DNA from: Parvularia atlantis
Lineage: Eukaryota
DNA length: 42,167 nt
Assembly (NCBI GenBank): GCA_943704415.1
Contig: CALSCO010001136.1
Location: 1 to 42,167, forward strand
Reading direction: 5' to 3'
This document shows, one piece after another, positions 29,173 to 41,447 of this stretch. The notes under the pieces are model-generated. The model saw only the letters and a list, made by a program, of their open reading frames with translations, made no database searches and was not told the origin of the DNA. Position numbers and translations under genes: made by a program. Numbering within the stretch: the first letter of the stretch is position 1; the number at the start of each line of letters is the position of its first letter.

Positions 29173-32100
29173 TCAGTCAAACACCTCGGGCGGCACAGCC
29201 GAGCTCGCGGTGGTCTCCTCCGAGTTAACGGTGGAGATCGACACGGCGTCGACTGCAAGCGCGTCTGCGTCAGCCGAGAACGCACGCCACGCGCGTGTGC
29301 GCGAACACGCCGCACCCTCCGAGTTGACCGACTCGGAGATGGACGCGGCGCGGCGCCGGTTGGACGGCTCGATGCGGTACGACTCGTCCGTGAGGTACTC
29401 CTCCTCGTGGTGGTTGATCACCTCGCAGTACTGCAGTAGGCCTGCGACGCGCGCGAATGCGTCAGCCCCGGCGCCCGCGGCCGCGCACGGCGCGCTGCAA
29501 CGCACCCTTGTCGATGCCCTCAAACTCGTACTTGGACTGCTGCGACACGCGGATCGCCATGATCTTGCCCATCACCGCGCGGTTCTTCTCAAAGTTGATG
29601 ATGTCGTTAGGCAGGAACGTCTGGTTGCCGTCGTTCATGAACGTCAGGTCCTTCATGTACAGGCCTGCGACGGCGGCGTCCGTGTTCGCCATGTGCACAT
29701 GCCGCGAGCGCCAGTCGCACGCGCGCACCGAAGAACGGGATAAAGTCGCCCTTGGCCGCGTACTCGATCGCGCGGTAGGTCTTGTAGTTGTTCTCGGGTG
29801 CGACCTTGGCCTCGAGGTCGCGGAACTTGGCCATCATCTCCTTGGACACGCCCTGCGCACGGCGTCAGCACCAAGAACCGTGCGCACGGGGGGCGCGACG
29901 CGCACCGCCCACGTCTTTTTGAGGCGGTAGATCGGGATCGTGTTGAGGCCCGACAGCACCGCGATCGTGTCGTTGTAGTTCTGCAGCTTGAACAGGTACT
30001 GTCCGGCGGCGGCGCGCGGGCGATCAGCGGTGCCCGGTGTCAGGGGTGAGGGCGCACCTTGGCGATTTGGATGAAGCGCTCCATCACGGCGATGCGCTTC
30101 TGCAGGTTGGGCACGGCGCAAATCTCGGTCGCGACCCAGTAGCCGATCTGCGCATGTGCGGGCCGCTCAGTCGCCTGCCGCAAGGCAACGGCGCGCGCAC
30201 CTTGTTGAACCGGTCGATGAACCGGTTGAGGTTCCTCGTCATCTCCTGCTGCAGCCGCGGATCCTTCTTGCTCCACAAGTGGATCGCAAACTCGTCCGGC
30301 TGGATCTGCTTGAACAACCTGATCGCGATCACGCACAGGTGCTTTGCGATCTGCGCGCTCGGCGTCAGGTGCCGTGCCCTGCGCGACCACCGCGAGCGCC
30401 CGCAAGCACGCACGCTCATCGGACCGGACTTCGGGTCCATGTTGACAAAGTCCACGACCGTGCCGGACGTGAGCGACTGCTGCACCTGCGCCAGCTCGGC
30501 CTGCATTTGCTGCTTGCGCTTCTCCTGTGCACGCGCGGGCAGCCGTCAGTCAAGGCATGCCGCACACGACGACGCACGTTCTGCCCGATAAAGTTGAGCA
30601 GCTGCTGCGAAACGATCGAGTACTCGCTGGCCTTGATTTGGCCGATGAACGCGTTGAGCTTGTCGCGCATCTCGTCCGGCTCAAAGTCGTACCAGTGGCG
30701 GTCGACCCACTTCTTGAACACAGACAGCACGCTGCGCGCGCGGGCGCGAGTCAGCACGCGAGGCACGACCAACCGCGACAGATCACACCGTGCGCGGATC
30801 AGTTGCACCGAGTTGCTGTCAAGCTCGTCCGGCTTCTTCTCCTCGGCCTTGGCCTTCTCCTTCTTCGGCTGCGCGATGTCGTGAGCGAGCGCCAGCCATA
30901 CCTGCGGTCGCGGGCCGCACCTTGTCCTTCTTGGCGTCGTCGGTCACGGTCGGCTGGATGTTGTAGCGCGCCAGCAGCTTTTCAAAGAGCACGGACGACG
31001 TCGCAAAAACGCGGTACGTCAGCAGAAAGTCGTCGATGTACAGCGTGTCTGCGCGCAGCGTGCTCAGTTCGCACAGCGCAGAGCCCGCGCGCGCGCACCT
31101 GGCGCGTTCTCGTCCGCGAGCGCCTCCACCAGCCCGTCGAGCGTACCCGCCGTGATCTGGTAGTGGCCCTCGAGCATCGTCTTGATCAGCCGCGGCCGCC
31201 CGCTCGCGTCCGTCTTGACCTGCTGCTCGGGCAGCTCCTCCGGGTTAACCGAGACATTGTTGAACACTGCCACGCGCCCCACGCGGGCGGTGTGAGCGCT
31301 GCGACGCGCGGCCGCGCGTGCGTCGGCACGCAACTGGTCATGCGCTTCATCTGGCGCTCCATCTCCTCGGCCGTCGGCGGCCGCTGCGTCGGCTTCTTGC
31401 GCAGCGAGCCCATGAGGCCCTCAAAGTTGACACCCTTGCTGTGCACACGTCACGGCGTGAGCATACACGCGTGCGCGCATGCAGAGAGAGAGACACGCAC
31501 GTCAGGCGCAGGCTCCCGGCCCAGTTCATGCCCTTGCTCTTCTGCCGCACCGACTCGCTGCTCTTGGTCGACGCGAGCGACATCGACGACTCGCTCGAGC
31601 GGATGCTCGAGTTGGACTTGTGCGTGTCGAGCTCAGCTGCGGGCGCGTCGCGTGAGCTCGGCTGCTGGGGCATTGACGTGCGCGTGCGCACCGTCGTCCT
31701 CCTTTGGGCTCTTGATGGTGTTGGGCGACGAGGGCTTACCGTCATCACCTGCGTCGGCGCCCGAGCCCGCGCCGTCGCTGCTGTGCTCGCGCGTGTACTC
31801 CTTGAACCGGCGGTACTGCTGCTCCACCAGCTTTATCCTCCCTGCGCACGCGCGTGTGAGCATTGCCGTGCCGCGCGTGCGCTCGCGCACAGACCGTTGT
31901 CGGCCGCGGGGCTCTCGCTTGCGCCACCGGCCATCGCGCCCGCCGCGTTGAGCGGGGCAAACAGCGACTGCAGGTGTGCGCCCGGCGCGGCTGCAGGCTT
32001 GCCCTCGTCGCCTGCAGGCGGGTGAGCCACCGCGCGCCCACACGGTGCAAAGAGCGCACCGCCCTCGTCCGTCTGGCTGCGTGGCGATGCCGGCACGGCC

Positions 32101-32720
32101 GCGCTGTCGCTGGACGAGCGCGAGGCGTCCTCGGCGCTGCCATCGGTCGGGCTGGCGTTGCCGCCGCGCGAGCGGTACTTTTGCTCAAAGTAGAGCTTGG
32201 CGCGCGACGACCTGCGCGCAGCCCGTGCTCAGTGCCGAGCGAGCGGGGCGCGTCGCGGAGCGCACCGGCGAAGCGTGTCGACCGAGTGCGTGCGCTCGGC
32301 GCGCTGCGTGTCGATCATGTTGAGCGTCTCGGCCGGCCCGTTCTTCTTGATCTGCGTCTTGAGCTTGATCACAATGGCAATGGCGTTGCCCAGGTACTGG
32401 TGCATCTCAAAGTACTGCGCGGCGCGCGGCGTGAGCGGGGAAGGGGCCTGTGGTCGCGCGCAGCCGCGCCAGACGCACGTCCTTCGAGATGAACTTGTGC
32501 GTGACGAAGAAGCGGCCCTCCTCCAGGTACGAGAAGGAGAAGGTCGAGTTCTGCTGGCTGTACGAGTACTGGAGGATCTGCTCAATGTCGAACTGGTTGA
32601 GCACGGCCTCGGTCTTGCGGTCGAGCAGGCGGATGCCCGACAGGTTGACGTTGAGGGTGACGTCGCGCGCCTCGTTGGTCGTGCCGACGACGAGCTGCGC
32701 ACGTGCATGAGCACGCGACG

Positions 32721-32761
<41 letters not shown>

Positions 32762-33096
32762 AGCGCACCTGGCAGTAGTAGCGCTCGCCCTTGAGCAGCG
32801 CCTGCCACTCCTCGTTGGCGATCTTGGCCAGGTCCGTGTTGTGCAGCACAGCCGCGCCCATCCCCGGCGGCTTGCGCCCGGGCGGCAGCGTGCCGCGCAC
32901 GTTCAGCCCCGAGTTGCCCCGGCTGGGCGGCGCGAGCAGGTCGGGCCGGCGCGGCGACGGCGGCTCCTCGACGCGGTCGGGCTGCGGGTCGGCTTCGACG
33001 ACCCCTGCCGCGCGCCGTCAGCGCACGCGCAGGCGCCGTGCGCGGCGAGCGGGCCGCACCGGGCGGCGCCACGTCGTGCGCAGGCTCGGCCATCAT
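29173..33096 (-). CDS. Ras guanine-nucleotide exchange factor (PTB/FERM-F3-like - REM - CDC25), ~18 introns
   Basis: REM: ITAGTLDGLVEAL, YIDDFLLTYRVF, VLSVFKKWVDRHWYDF. CDC25: IAKHLCVIAIRLFKQIQPDEF, FIDRFNKIGYWVATEI, LQNYNDTIAVLSGL..PIYRLKKTW, IPFFGLYMKDLTFMNDGN, INFEK. Confidence 0.93.
32725..32758. repeat. (GT)17 microsatellite in RasGEF intron
   Basis: Perfect dinucleotide run seen directly. Confidence 0.95.
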
Positions 33097-33388
33097 TCCC
33101 TCCGCTGGCGGTCTGCTTGGCTCCGACCGCGTGAGTTAGGAACACGGGGGCAGCGCACGTCCGCGTCTGGGGTCCTGCGCCGCAAAACCCCGACCGAGTC
33201 CCACTGCCACCCGGCGCGGCGCCGAGCGTCTCGCGCAGCAGGCGCGGGGAGGGGGGCGCAGGGGGGGAGGGGCGAAACGCGGGCTGAGGCTCGAAGGGGG
33301 GGTGCGCGAAACAGCGTCCCGTGCCGCGCGGCGCCCTCACAGCCCACATCACAGGCGCAGCACACGCAGCGCAGCGAGAGCCACACGA

Positions 33389-33416
33389 GCCGCACAAGCC
33401 GCACAAGCCGCACAAG
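33389..33416. repeat. Tandem 9-mer (GCCGCACAA)x3 in divergent intergenic region
   Basis: Seen directly. Confidence 0.85.
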
Positions 33417-33434
33417 AGAAAGCACAGAGAAACA

Positions 33435-33474
33435 TGACGTCACGCGCGCCGATTGGTCGAGTGCGGCAGCCAAT
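33435..33474. promoter_or_regulatory. CRE-like TGACGTCA plus ATTGG/CCAAT boxes between divergent genes
   Basis: TGACGTCA 33435-33442, ATTGG 33452-33456, CCAAT 33470-33474. Function is inferred only from motif identity and position. Confidence 0.35.
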
Positions 33475-34872
33475 GGCGCGCGTGCGGCTCGCGATCTACT
33501 TGGTCCGCGCGCGCCACAAACGACGCACTCGCCGCGGCTCACGGCAGTGCGCAGGAGCGCCACGCGGCGTGCCCGCAGTCGGCCGGCGGCGACTACCTCG
33601 CCGTGCCCGTGCCGCTCGTGCTGCAGTGGGCCGGCGGCGCGGACGAGACGGCGCTGCTGCTGGACGCGGGCGTCGCGGCGCAGCTGCTGCACACCGAGCT
33701 GGCGGCCTACTACGCGTGGCTGCAGCGCGCCTACGTGCGTGGCGCGCCCCTCGCCTTCTACTGTGCACACGCACTCAGTACCGCCCGCGGCAGCTGCTGC
33801 AAGGCATCGCCGCGACCATGCCGCAGCAGCTGACGACGCGCGAGCGCCTGCGCGCCGCCGCCCGCGCCGCCTCGCGCGTGGTCGACACCTGCGTCCAGAC
33901 CATGCTCGGGCACGTGACGCGTACGGCGCTGCTGCTCGCTGCTGCCGCCGCCGCCGCGCCGACCGCATCTCGCGCGCGCAGAGCTCGTCGTGTGCATGGA
34001 GCGGTGCCGCGCCTGCGCGTCGGCGAGCCGCGCGTTCGCGCACGAGCTGCGGCGAAAGGGCTACGCCGACCTCGCGCGCGACAAGCTGATCAGGTGCGGC
34101 GCGCGCGAGTGCGCCGTGTGCGCGATCGGTGACGTGGATGCGGACGCAGCGCGCACGTCTTTGCTACGCTCGGCGCGCGCATTGCGTGGCTCACGGCGGC
34201 CGACGACGGGCTACAGCCGGCGGCGGGCTCGTGGGACGCCGTGATCGAGCAGCACCGGCCCGAAGGCGCGTCCGTGCGCGCACACGACCGGCCCGATGCA
34301 CGGCGCGCTGACCAGACCGCGCAGCCGCACAGGCCGTCGCGGCCAAGCGCAAGCTGCTAGACGAGCCCGTGGCACCGCGCGCACCCTCGCCCGAGCCCGC
34401 GCCACCCGACGTGCTCGCCGCGCCCCCCTCGGCCGAGCGCTCGATCATCCTCGACGCCGTCAGCGCCGTGACGCCGCCGCCGTACAACCCGCCGGCGTCG
34501 TTTGCGGACGGGCCGTCGTCGATGTCGGCCATCCGCGGCGCGCACGCTCAGCTGCGGCCGCTGCTGGACAGCCCGCTGCTTGCGCTCAGGCCAGGCGGTG
34601 ACGGGCGAACACGGGCGCGGCGCGGCGTGCCGGGCGGCATGTCGATGCTGGACGACAGCGAGACGACGACCGGCTCGTCGTCCTCGGTCGAGTCGTCCGG
34701 GAGCAAGCCGCCCGCGCCGCCGTCGATGCCGATCGACACCGCGCCAAGCGTGGGCGAGGGCGAGGGCGAGGGCGAGCACGGCCTGCCCGTGCCCAAGCGT
34801 CGCAAGACGCCCGGCGAGACGCTCGGCCCAGCCGACGGCGAGCGCAAAGAGCTCAACTTTGCGGCGCTGTGA
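33473..34872 (+). CDS. Hypothetical protein (helical N-half, Pro/Ser-rich C-half with NLS-like PKRRK)
   Basis: Five GT-AG introns join an uninterrupted frame MARVRLAIYL..LLHTELAAYYAWLQRAY..ERKELNFAAL*. No family recognised. Confidence 0.7.
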
Positions 34873-34954
34873 GACGACGATCGAAAGCAACTCAGAACAA
34901 ACGACAGTGTCATGCTCGGCGCGTGCGCGCCCATGCACGCATGCACCGTGCCGC

Positions 34955-37900
34955 TTAGCTCTCGTAGCACGACTTGCAGTAGGCCTGGTCGTTGCGGCCG
35001 TAGAACGTCTGGCCGATGAGGGGCCTGCCGCGGGCGCGGTGAGTGCACTGAACGGGCGCGGCGCGGCACGGCACGCACTTGTGGCACGAGAAGCATGCAA
35101 AGCACTCGACGTGGTAGCGGTGGTTGAGCGCCGCAACGATCTGCGACGTGAGCCGCTTGCCGCACACGTGGCAGTCAAAGTGCGTCGCGCAGTACATGTC
35201 GTCGTTGACCGCGGTGTACTCGCGCCCAGCGAGCTCTTGCCCGCACTCCTACGGGTGCGTGTGCGGTGTGAGCCGTGGGCTGCCACGCCACCGGCGGGGG
35301 GCGTCACACCTTGCACTTGAGACAGGTCGAGTGGTACTTGCTCCCACCGATCATCACGTACTCGTCTGCGATCTCGTTGGAGCACAGGGCGCAGCGCATG
35401 CCCGCGCGCAGCAGGTAGTCGCCGCGGCAGAGCAGGTCGCCGTCGACCATGAGGAACGAGCCTGGGGCCATCGCGTCAGACCGGCACTCACTGCCCAAAC
35501 GAGTGCGCGCACCGGTCAGTTGCTGGTCGCAGTCGGTGCAGCGGAAGCACGACGCGTGCCAGCGCTTGTCAAACGCCTCGATCATCTGCGCAACGGGATC
35601 AGCCTGAGCGTCGGCACAGTGCGCACCGCCGCGTGCCTGGTCGTGGATGGGCAGCTTGCACGACGTGCACACGAACGAGTGCTCGTAGTCTTTGCTGCAA
35701 AACAGCTTGAGGTCGTGGAAGAAAAACTTGGCGCCCTGCAGGTTGTCGTTGCACACGGAGCTGCGCCGGCGCTGCCGTGAGCGGTGCGCGTCCCATGCCG
35801 CGCCGCCGGCCGCACCAGCGGAAGTGGTCGTGGTGCCACTTGTAACCTGCCCAGGAGATGTAGCCCGTGACCTCGTCCAGGTCCTGGATCGGGTCCATGC
35901 AGTACAGGCACTTCTTGCCCAGCTCGGCCTCGTTCGCGACCATCGCCTCCTGCGGCTCCGAGCGCACGTGAGCGCGACGGCAGCGCGGCAGCACCCGTGG
36001 TGCACATGCGCGGCCGTGTCAAAGTCATCGAGCAGGTCGTCGAGCGCGCCGCGGTCGTCCTTGCGCTCGGCGATCGGGCCGGGCGACGGCGTCTGCGGCG
36101 CGTGGCGGGTCAGTCGTCGCTGAGCGCGCGATGCATGCGGCACTTTGGCTGGCTCGGGTGTGACCGAGGCCGAGAGCTGCCGTGCACGCGTCAGTCAAGC
36201 GGGCCGCGGCACATCGCCCAAGCGCACCCGCTGCATCTCGACCGCGCGCGATGCGCGCTTGGCCGCCTGCGCGGTCTTGGCAACGAGGTCGTCCATCGAG
36301 TTGCTGGACGCGTCGTTGTCGATGGTGATCTCGGGCACCGACCCGCTCGACGCCTGATCTGTGGTCAGCGGCCCGCGTGCTTGCGCCGTGCCCACGAGCG
36401 CACCACGGCCAGATCGGCCAGCAGGTCATCCAGCTGCGACAGCTTGTTGGCCGCGGGCTGCACGGGCGCGGGTACTGGCGCGGGTACGGCCTTGGCGGGC
36501 GCGGGCGCGGCCTTGGCAGGCGCGGGAGCAGGGGCTGCAGCGGGCTTGGCGGGTGCGGGCGCGGCGGCGGGCTTGGCGGGTGCGGGCACGACGGCGGGGG
36601 CCGCGGCAGGCGCAGGGCCCGACACACGCTTGGCCTGGACGGCGCTGTTGTCGGCGGCCCCGGCCGGCTGGAACTTGAACGACTCGAGGTCGCTGATGAG
36701 GTCGTTCAGCGGGGCCACGGATGCCGACGTCTTGGGCGCGGCCGCCGGCGTGGGTGCCGCCTTGACCGTCTGGCGGGGGCTGCGCGTCAAGACGGCTGAG
36801 CGCACGGGTCGCGCGCGCACCGCGAGCGAGAAGTCCTCGAGGTCGCCGATGAGGTCGTCGAGCACGTTGAGCGTGTTGGGCTTCATCGTGAAGGCAAACG
36901 CGTGGCCGACCGCGACCGACTGGTTGGGCCTGTGCGCGCACAAGGCATGTGAGGCCCGCGAGCCGCATGCCGACGCAGGCGAGCGCACATCGACGGCAGC
37001 GAGTCGTACTCGGGGCGCGCCAGAGACATGCCCTTGGGCGGCGCGGGAACGGGCATGTTGGGCGCGTTGCCCTGTGCGCGCTGCGGCGGAGCGTGAGGGC
37101 GTGGCCTGGCTGTGCTGGCCGCGTGCGCGCACAAGGCTCGGCGTGAGCAGGCGCGGCGTGGTCGGGCCGAGAAGCATCTCCTCGCGCTCGTAGTGCGTCT
37201 GGATGCCGTCGAGCACGTTCTCGAGGCGCATGATCATCGGCAGCTCCTCGGCCTGGCGAGCAGCGGTGTGAGCCGTGCGCTATCGTCAGCGCGGGCGTGG
37301 GCACCGTCGCGTTCTCACGCATGCGCGAGAGCGTCAGCTGGTAGTACGTGAACAGGCGTGAGCACTCGCGCTCAAAGTCGACGGCCTTTTCAACGGCTGG
37401 TGCGCATGGGGTTCAGGCGCGCGCACGCACAGTGGCAGGGTACGCACTCTTCTCCCAGTTGAGCGTGCGCCGCTTGAGCGCCTTGTTGGGCGGCGACGGC
37501 GGGATGCTGATGTCGTCCAGGTACTTCTTGACGCCGTCGATGTTGGCCGTGATGACCGAATTCATGCCTTGGCGGGACGCGCAAGGTGAGCGCGTGCGCG
37601 CGTATGGCCCGAGGGCTCGCCCGCACCCTTCATGTACTCCTCCTTGTAGCCAAACTCGACCAGGTTGCCCAGGTTCTGGATAGTTTTGGCGACGAGCGTG
37701 AGCGTGCGGGCCATCTTACCGTCGGCGTGGTCTGCGCCGGCGGTGTAAGAGAGCGCGCGCTTGTGCGTGTGCGAGGCTGCCTGCGCGCACCCGGCCACAG
37801 GCCAAACAGCTTGGGCGCGAGGATGGCCGGGCAGAAGAAGCGCAGGAAGATGAAGCCCGAGACGGCCGTGTGCGCGACCATCATGTTGTTGTTGAACTTG

Positions 37901-40134
37901 AGCAGGACCTGCTGCCGGATGTGGCCAAAGAGTTCGCACAGCGGGCGCGGGCACATGCTCGCCGAGCCCAGGATGGTGTGGATCGTCGTGACGACAAAGT
38001 GCTCCAGGTTCTTGAAGTTCTTCTCGACCGACTCGTTCTTTTCGAGGCGCGTCGGGTCGACCTGGCGCCCGCGCGTTACACACCTGCGCCCGTGCGGCCG
38101 CACGCCCGCACCTCGCACGACTTTTTCGACGTCATGATCTCCTTCACGAGCCCGCCGAGGACCGCGTTGAGGTACTCCCACGCGCACGACTTCATGAACA
38201 CGTCCAGGCCCTTGGTCGCCATCGAGTTGCCGCGGAAGATCGTGTTGGCGTCGACTGGACGAGCGCGCGCGTGCGCGTGAACGGATTGGGCGCTGACGCG
38301 CGACAGGGGCGCACGCACACGTCGCCATGACCTCGGTCGTGATCACGTCCTGCAGGAACTCTTGCGCCTGGCCGAGGTCGTCAAAGATCTTGACGAGCGA
38401 GCGCGCGACGTCCTCGCGGCTGTCGGCCCACTTGCCGAGCGAGGTCGGGATGAGGAAGTGGCTGGCCGCGGTCAGCTGCGCGCGGGCGTGAGCGGTGAGG
38501 CGCGCGGGCCAGGGGCAGCGCACGGGCGATACCTGGATCATGTCGCTGTACGTGTCGCGCGAGAGCACGAGCTCTTCAAGGTAGCGGATCTTGAGGCGCA
38601 GCGACCCGTTCGACTTGTCGATCACGTTCTGTGTGTCTGCGTGCGTGCCGGGTGAGTGAGCGACGTGTCACGCGAGTGCGAGTGCGACGTGTGCCTTTGG
38701 GCAGCGACTGCAGCGCGCGCACAAAGTTGCGCCCCTTGTGCACGTCGGGCTCCTTGGCCAGGTGCGCCTTGTCCTTGTCTGCGGCGCGTGCGCGCGTGAG
38801 GAAGCGTGCGTGCGCGATGGTCGGACGCACGCGAATCCTTGCGCGAGTTGCGCTTGTGCAGTGACGGCTTGAAGATGCTGAGGATGTGGCTCTCCGAGTC
38901 GCTGGCGATCTTGACCGCGACTGTGGCGCGCGTGAGCATGCAGGCGGGCGGGCAGCGAGGAGCGTGCAAGGACGCACCCGGCTGCGGCAGGACCGGGTAC
39001 CACTTCTCGACGGGGGCGTCGTCCGGCAGGTCGGCCAGCGGCACGTACAGGTGGCCCATGAAGTCGTCGTCCGTGAAGCGGTCCCAGTCCCAGACCGACA
39101 CGTGCAGCTGGCGCTCGTGCAGGCTGCCCTTGAACGTGCTGCGCACGGGCAGGTGCTCAGCTTGAGCGCGCGCGCATACGGGCGGGCGCACAAGGTAAAC
39201 GACTCGTTGAACTTGGGGTCGAGCGTCTTCATGTGCACCTGCGCGCGCGCAGGGTGTGCACGTGAGCGACGGTCCGTCCGGGCGTGGTGAGCGCGCGCAC
39301 CTGCGTGCGCTTCGTCGTCTCGGCGTCGGGGTCGGGTAGGAAGTGCAGCACGATGTACGGGTCGGACAGGCCTGCGGGCGCCGGCAGTGTGCTCAGTGCA
39401 CGGCCGCGGCGGGCTGAGCGTGCCCGCACCGTTCGAGTCGCGCGAGACGAGGTCGCGGCCGGCGACGACTGCGAGCGTTGCCGTGAGCGGTGCGCGAGCA
39501 CGGCAGCAGCAGCAAGGGGAGGCCGCACCGTTGACAGTGAGCGTGTGCGAGCCCGTGGGCGCCTCGGCCGGCTTGAAGCGCAGCTCGAGGCAGATGTCGC
39601 CCGAGACGGTGCCCTCGGTCGCGGCCGAGGCGAGGGGGAACCACTGCTCAATCTGCTTGCGCTGGTTGCGCAGGAACTCGCGCGTGAACGAGACCTTGCC
39701 CAGCGGCACGTCCTTCGTGCGCCGGTTCTCGTCCCACACGACCAGGTCGAGCTGGCGGTGGTCGTGCGTGAGCGGCCTGTGTCCGCGCGCGTGCTCGAGG
39801 GTGAACGGGCTGCGCGCGACAGGCGTGGGCGGGCACACACATGTACACCTCGTGGTGCCAGTGCGGGTCGGACGAGGCCCAGACGGTGCGCGTGCGCGAC
39901 TCCTCCTTGTGGTCGAGCAGCACGGTCACGTACGGGTCGCAGCCGTCTGCGAGGCGAGGGTGGCCAGGGGTGTGCGTGAGCGCGTCTGTTGTGTGGGTGG
40001 GGGGCGCTCGCACTGATCGTGTCGACGCGCAGATCCTTCGCCTCGATCACCTCCAGCAGCAGGTTGCTCTCGCGCCGCGCCGTGCCGCGGGCCGCGCCCA
40101 TGGGCGGGATCGTCAGGTGCAGCGGCGGGCTCAT
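34955..40134 (-). CDS. C2-C2-RasGAP (GAP1/RASAL-like) fused to LD motifs and four LIM domains (paxillin-like), ~27 introns
   Basis: Two C2 domains (LEVIEAKDL..CDPYVTV; VVAGRDL..GLSDPY..SVWDWDRFTDDDFMG). RasGAP has TIFRGNS, SGFIFLRFFCPAILAPKLF and KTIQNLGN. LD motifs follow, then four CxxC..HxxC/H..CxxC..CxxD/H/C LIMs ending YCKSCYES*. Confidence 0.88.
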
Positions 40135-40195
40135 TGATTCGCCGACGGACAGAGTCGGAGAAAACGACCTGTGTACAGGGCGCGTATCTGCAGTT

Positions 40196-41350
40196 ATGCT
40201 GCCGAGCACAAGGCCACGAAGGCACTCGCTGGCCACGACCGACGCGAGGCGCGAGGCGCTCACGTCGGGCGGCGGGCTTGGCCCGGCGCTGTACACGGCC
40301 GGCGCGAGCCGCAGCCTGAGCCGCGCCGACGCCGCCGTGCTCGCCGTGCAGGTGCGGCGGCTGTTCCTGTCGCCGCCGCGCCCGCTGCCGCCCGACCGCG
40401 TCGTGCCCGATCCGGCCAACGCGCGCGAGCTTGTGGCACGGCGCAAGCCGTCGTGGCCGACGTACGAGCCCATGCCGTGGCTGCTGCTGCAGGCCGAGCG
40501 CGAGGCCCTCGGGACACCGCCGCCGCCGGCGCCGCCGCCCGACCCGCCGCTGCCCGAGCCCGAGGCCGAGCCGGGGCCCGCGCCTGAGCTCCCTGCCGAG
40601 CCGCCCGCGGTCGTGTGGGAGCTGCTCAACGACATCGTGCCGACGGAGGACGAGGGCGAAGACGAGGGCGAGGACGCGGACGACCGCGACGACGAGGGCG
40701 ACGCAGGGCAGGTCGTGAGCGCGCTGGCGCGCCGGGTGCGCAAGGTCGAGTCGATGGTGCTGCGCGGCGCGTTGAGCCCCGTCAGCCCGGCGGGGAGCGC
40801 CCCGACGTCGCCACGCATGCGCCGCGTCAACTTCACCAAGCACGCCTCGGTGCACATCCTGCACGAGACCGACTACCCCTTCCCGGCGCAGAACCCGCGG
40901 CAGTACCCGACCACGCACACGATCCAGCGGCCGCTGCCGCCGGCGACCACGCGGCAGCAAGAGTGCGCCTCAACCCCTCCCCCGCAGCGCCTGACCGGAC
41001 AACGCGCTGACGAACGGCGCGCAGGCGCGACGTGCTCAAGAAGCTGAAGGAGCTCGTGGGCAAGCACCGGCTGACGTACGCCGACATGCTCCGGCTTGCG
41101 CTCGGGCGCTTCAGCCTGAGCGAGGACCTGCCGCCGCACATAGAGGAGTTTATCGACTGGGTGATGCGGTACCGGTGCGTCTGCCCGCTCACGATCGCGC
41201 GCGCTCTTGACGCCGTTGCGGCGCAGGGGCATCGACCCGGTCTCGCACGAGACCACCAAGCTGAGCTGGATGGATCGCCGGTGGCTGCTGCCGATCATCG
41301 AGTCGACCTGGGGCGTGCAGTTCAAGTTCTTCCCCAACCTGTACTTGTAG
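40196..41350 (+). CDS. Hypothetical protein with acidic/Pro-rich region and RVxF motif
   Basis: A long first exon and two GT-AG introns give ..RRVNFTKHASVHIL..LPPHIEEFIDWVMRYRGIDP..WLLPIIESTWGVQFKFFPNLYL*. Confidence 0.7.
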
Positions 41351-41447
41351 TGGCCGAGTGATGGCCGAGTGACGCAGGCGAGTGCCGTGCCGCGCGCATG
41401 ACATGCACGAACGAGACACAGACACGCACTCGTCGCGCGTGGGCAAT

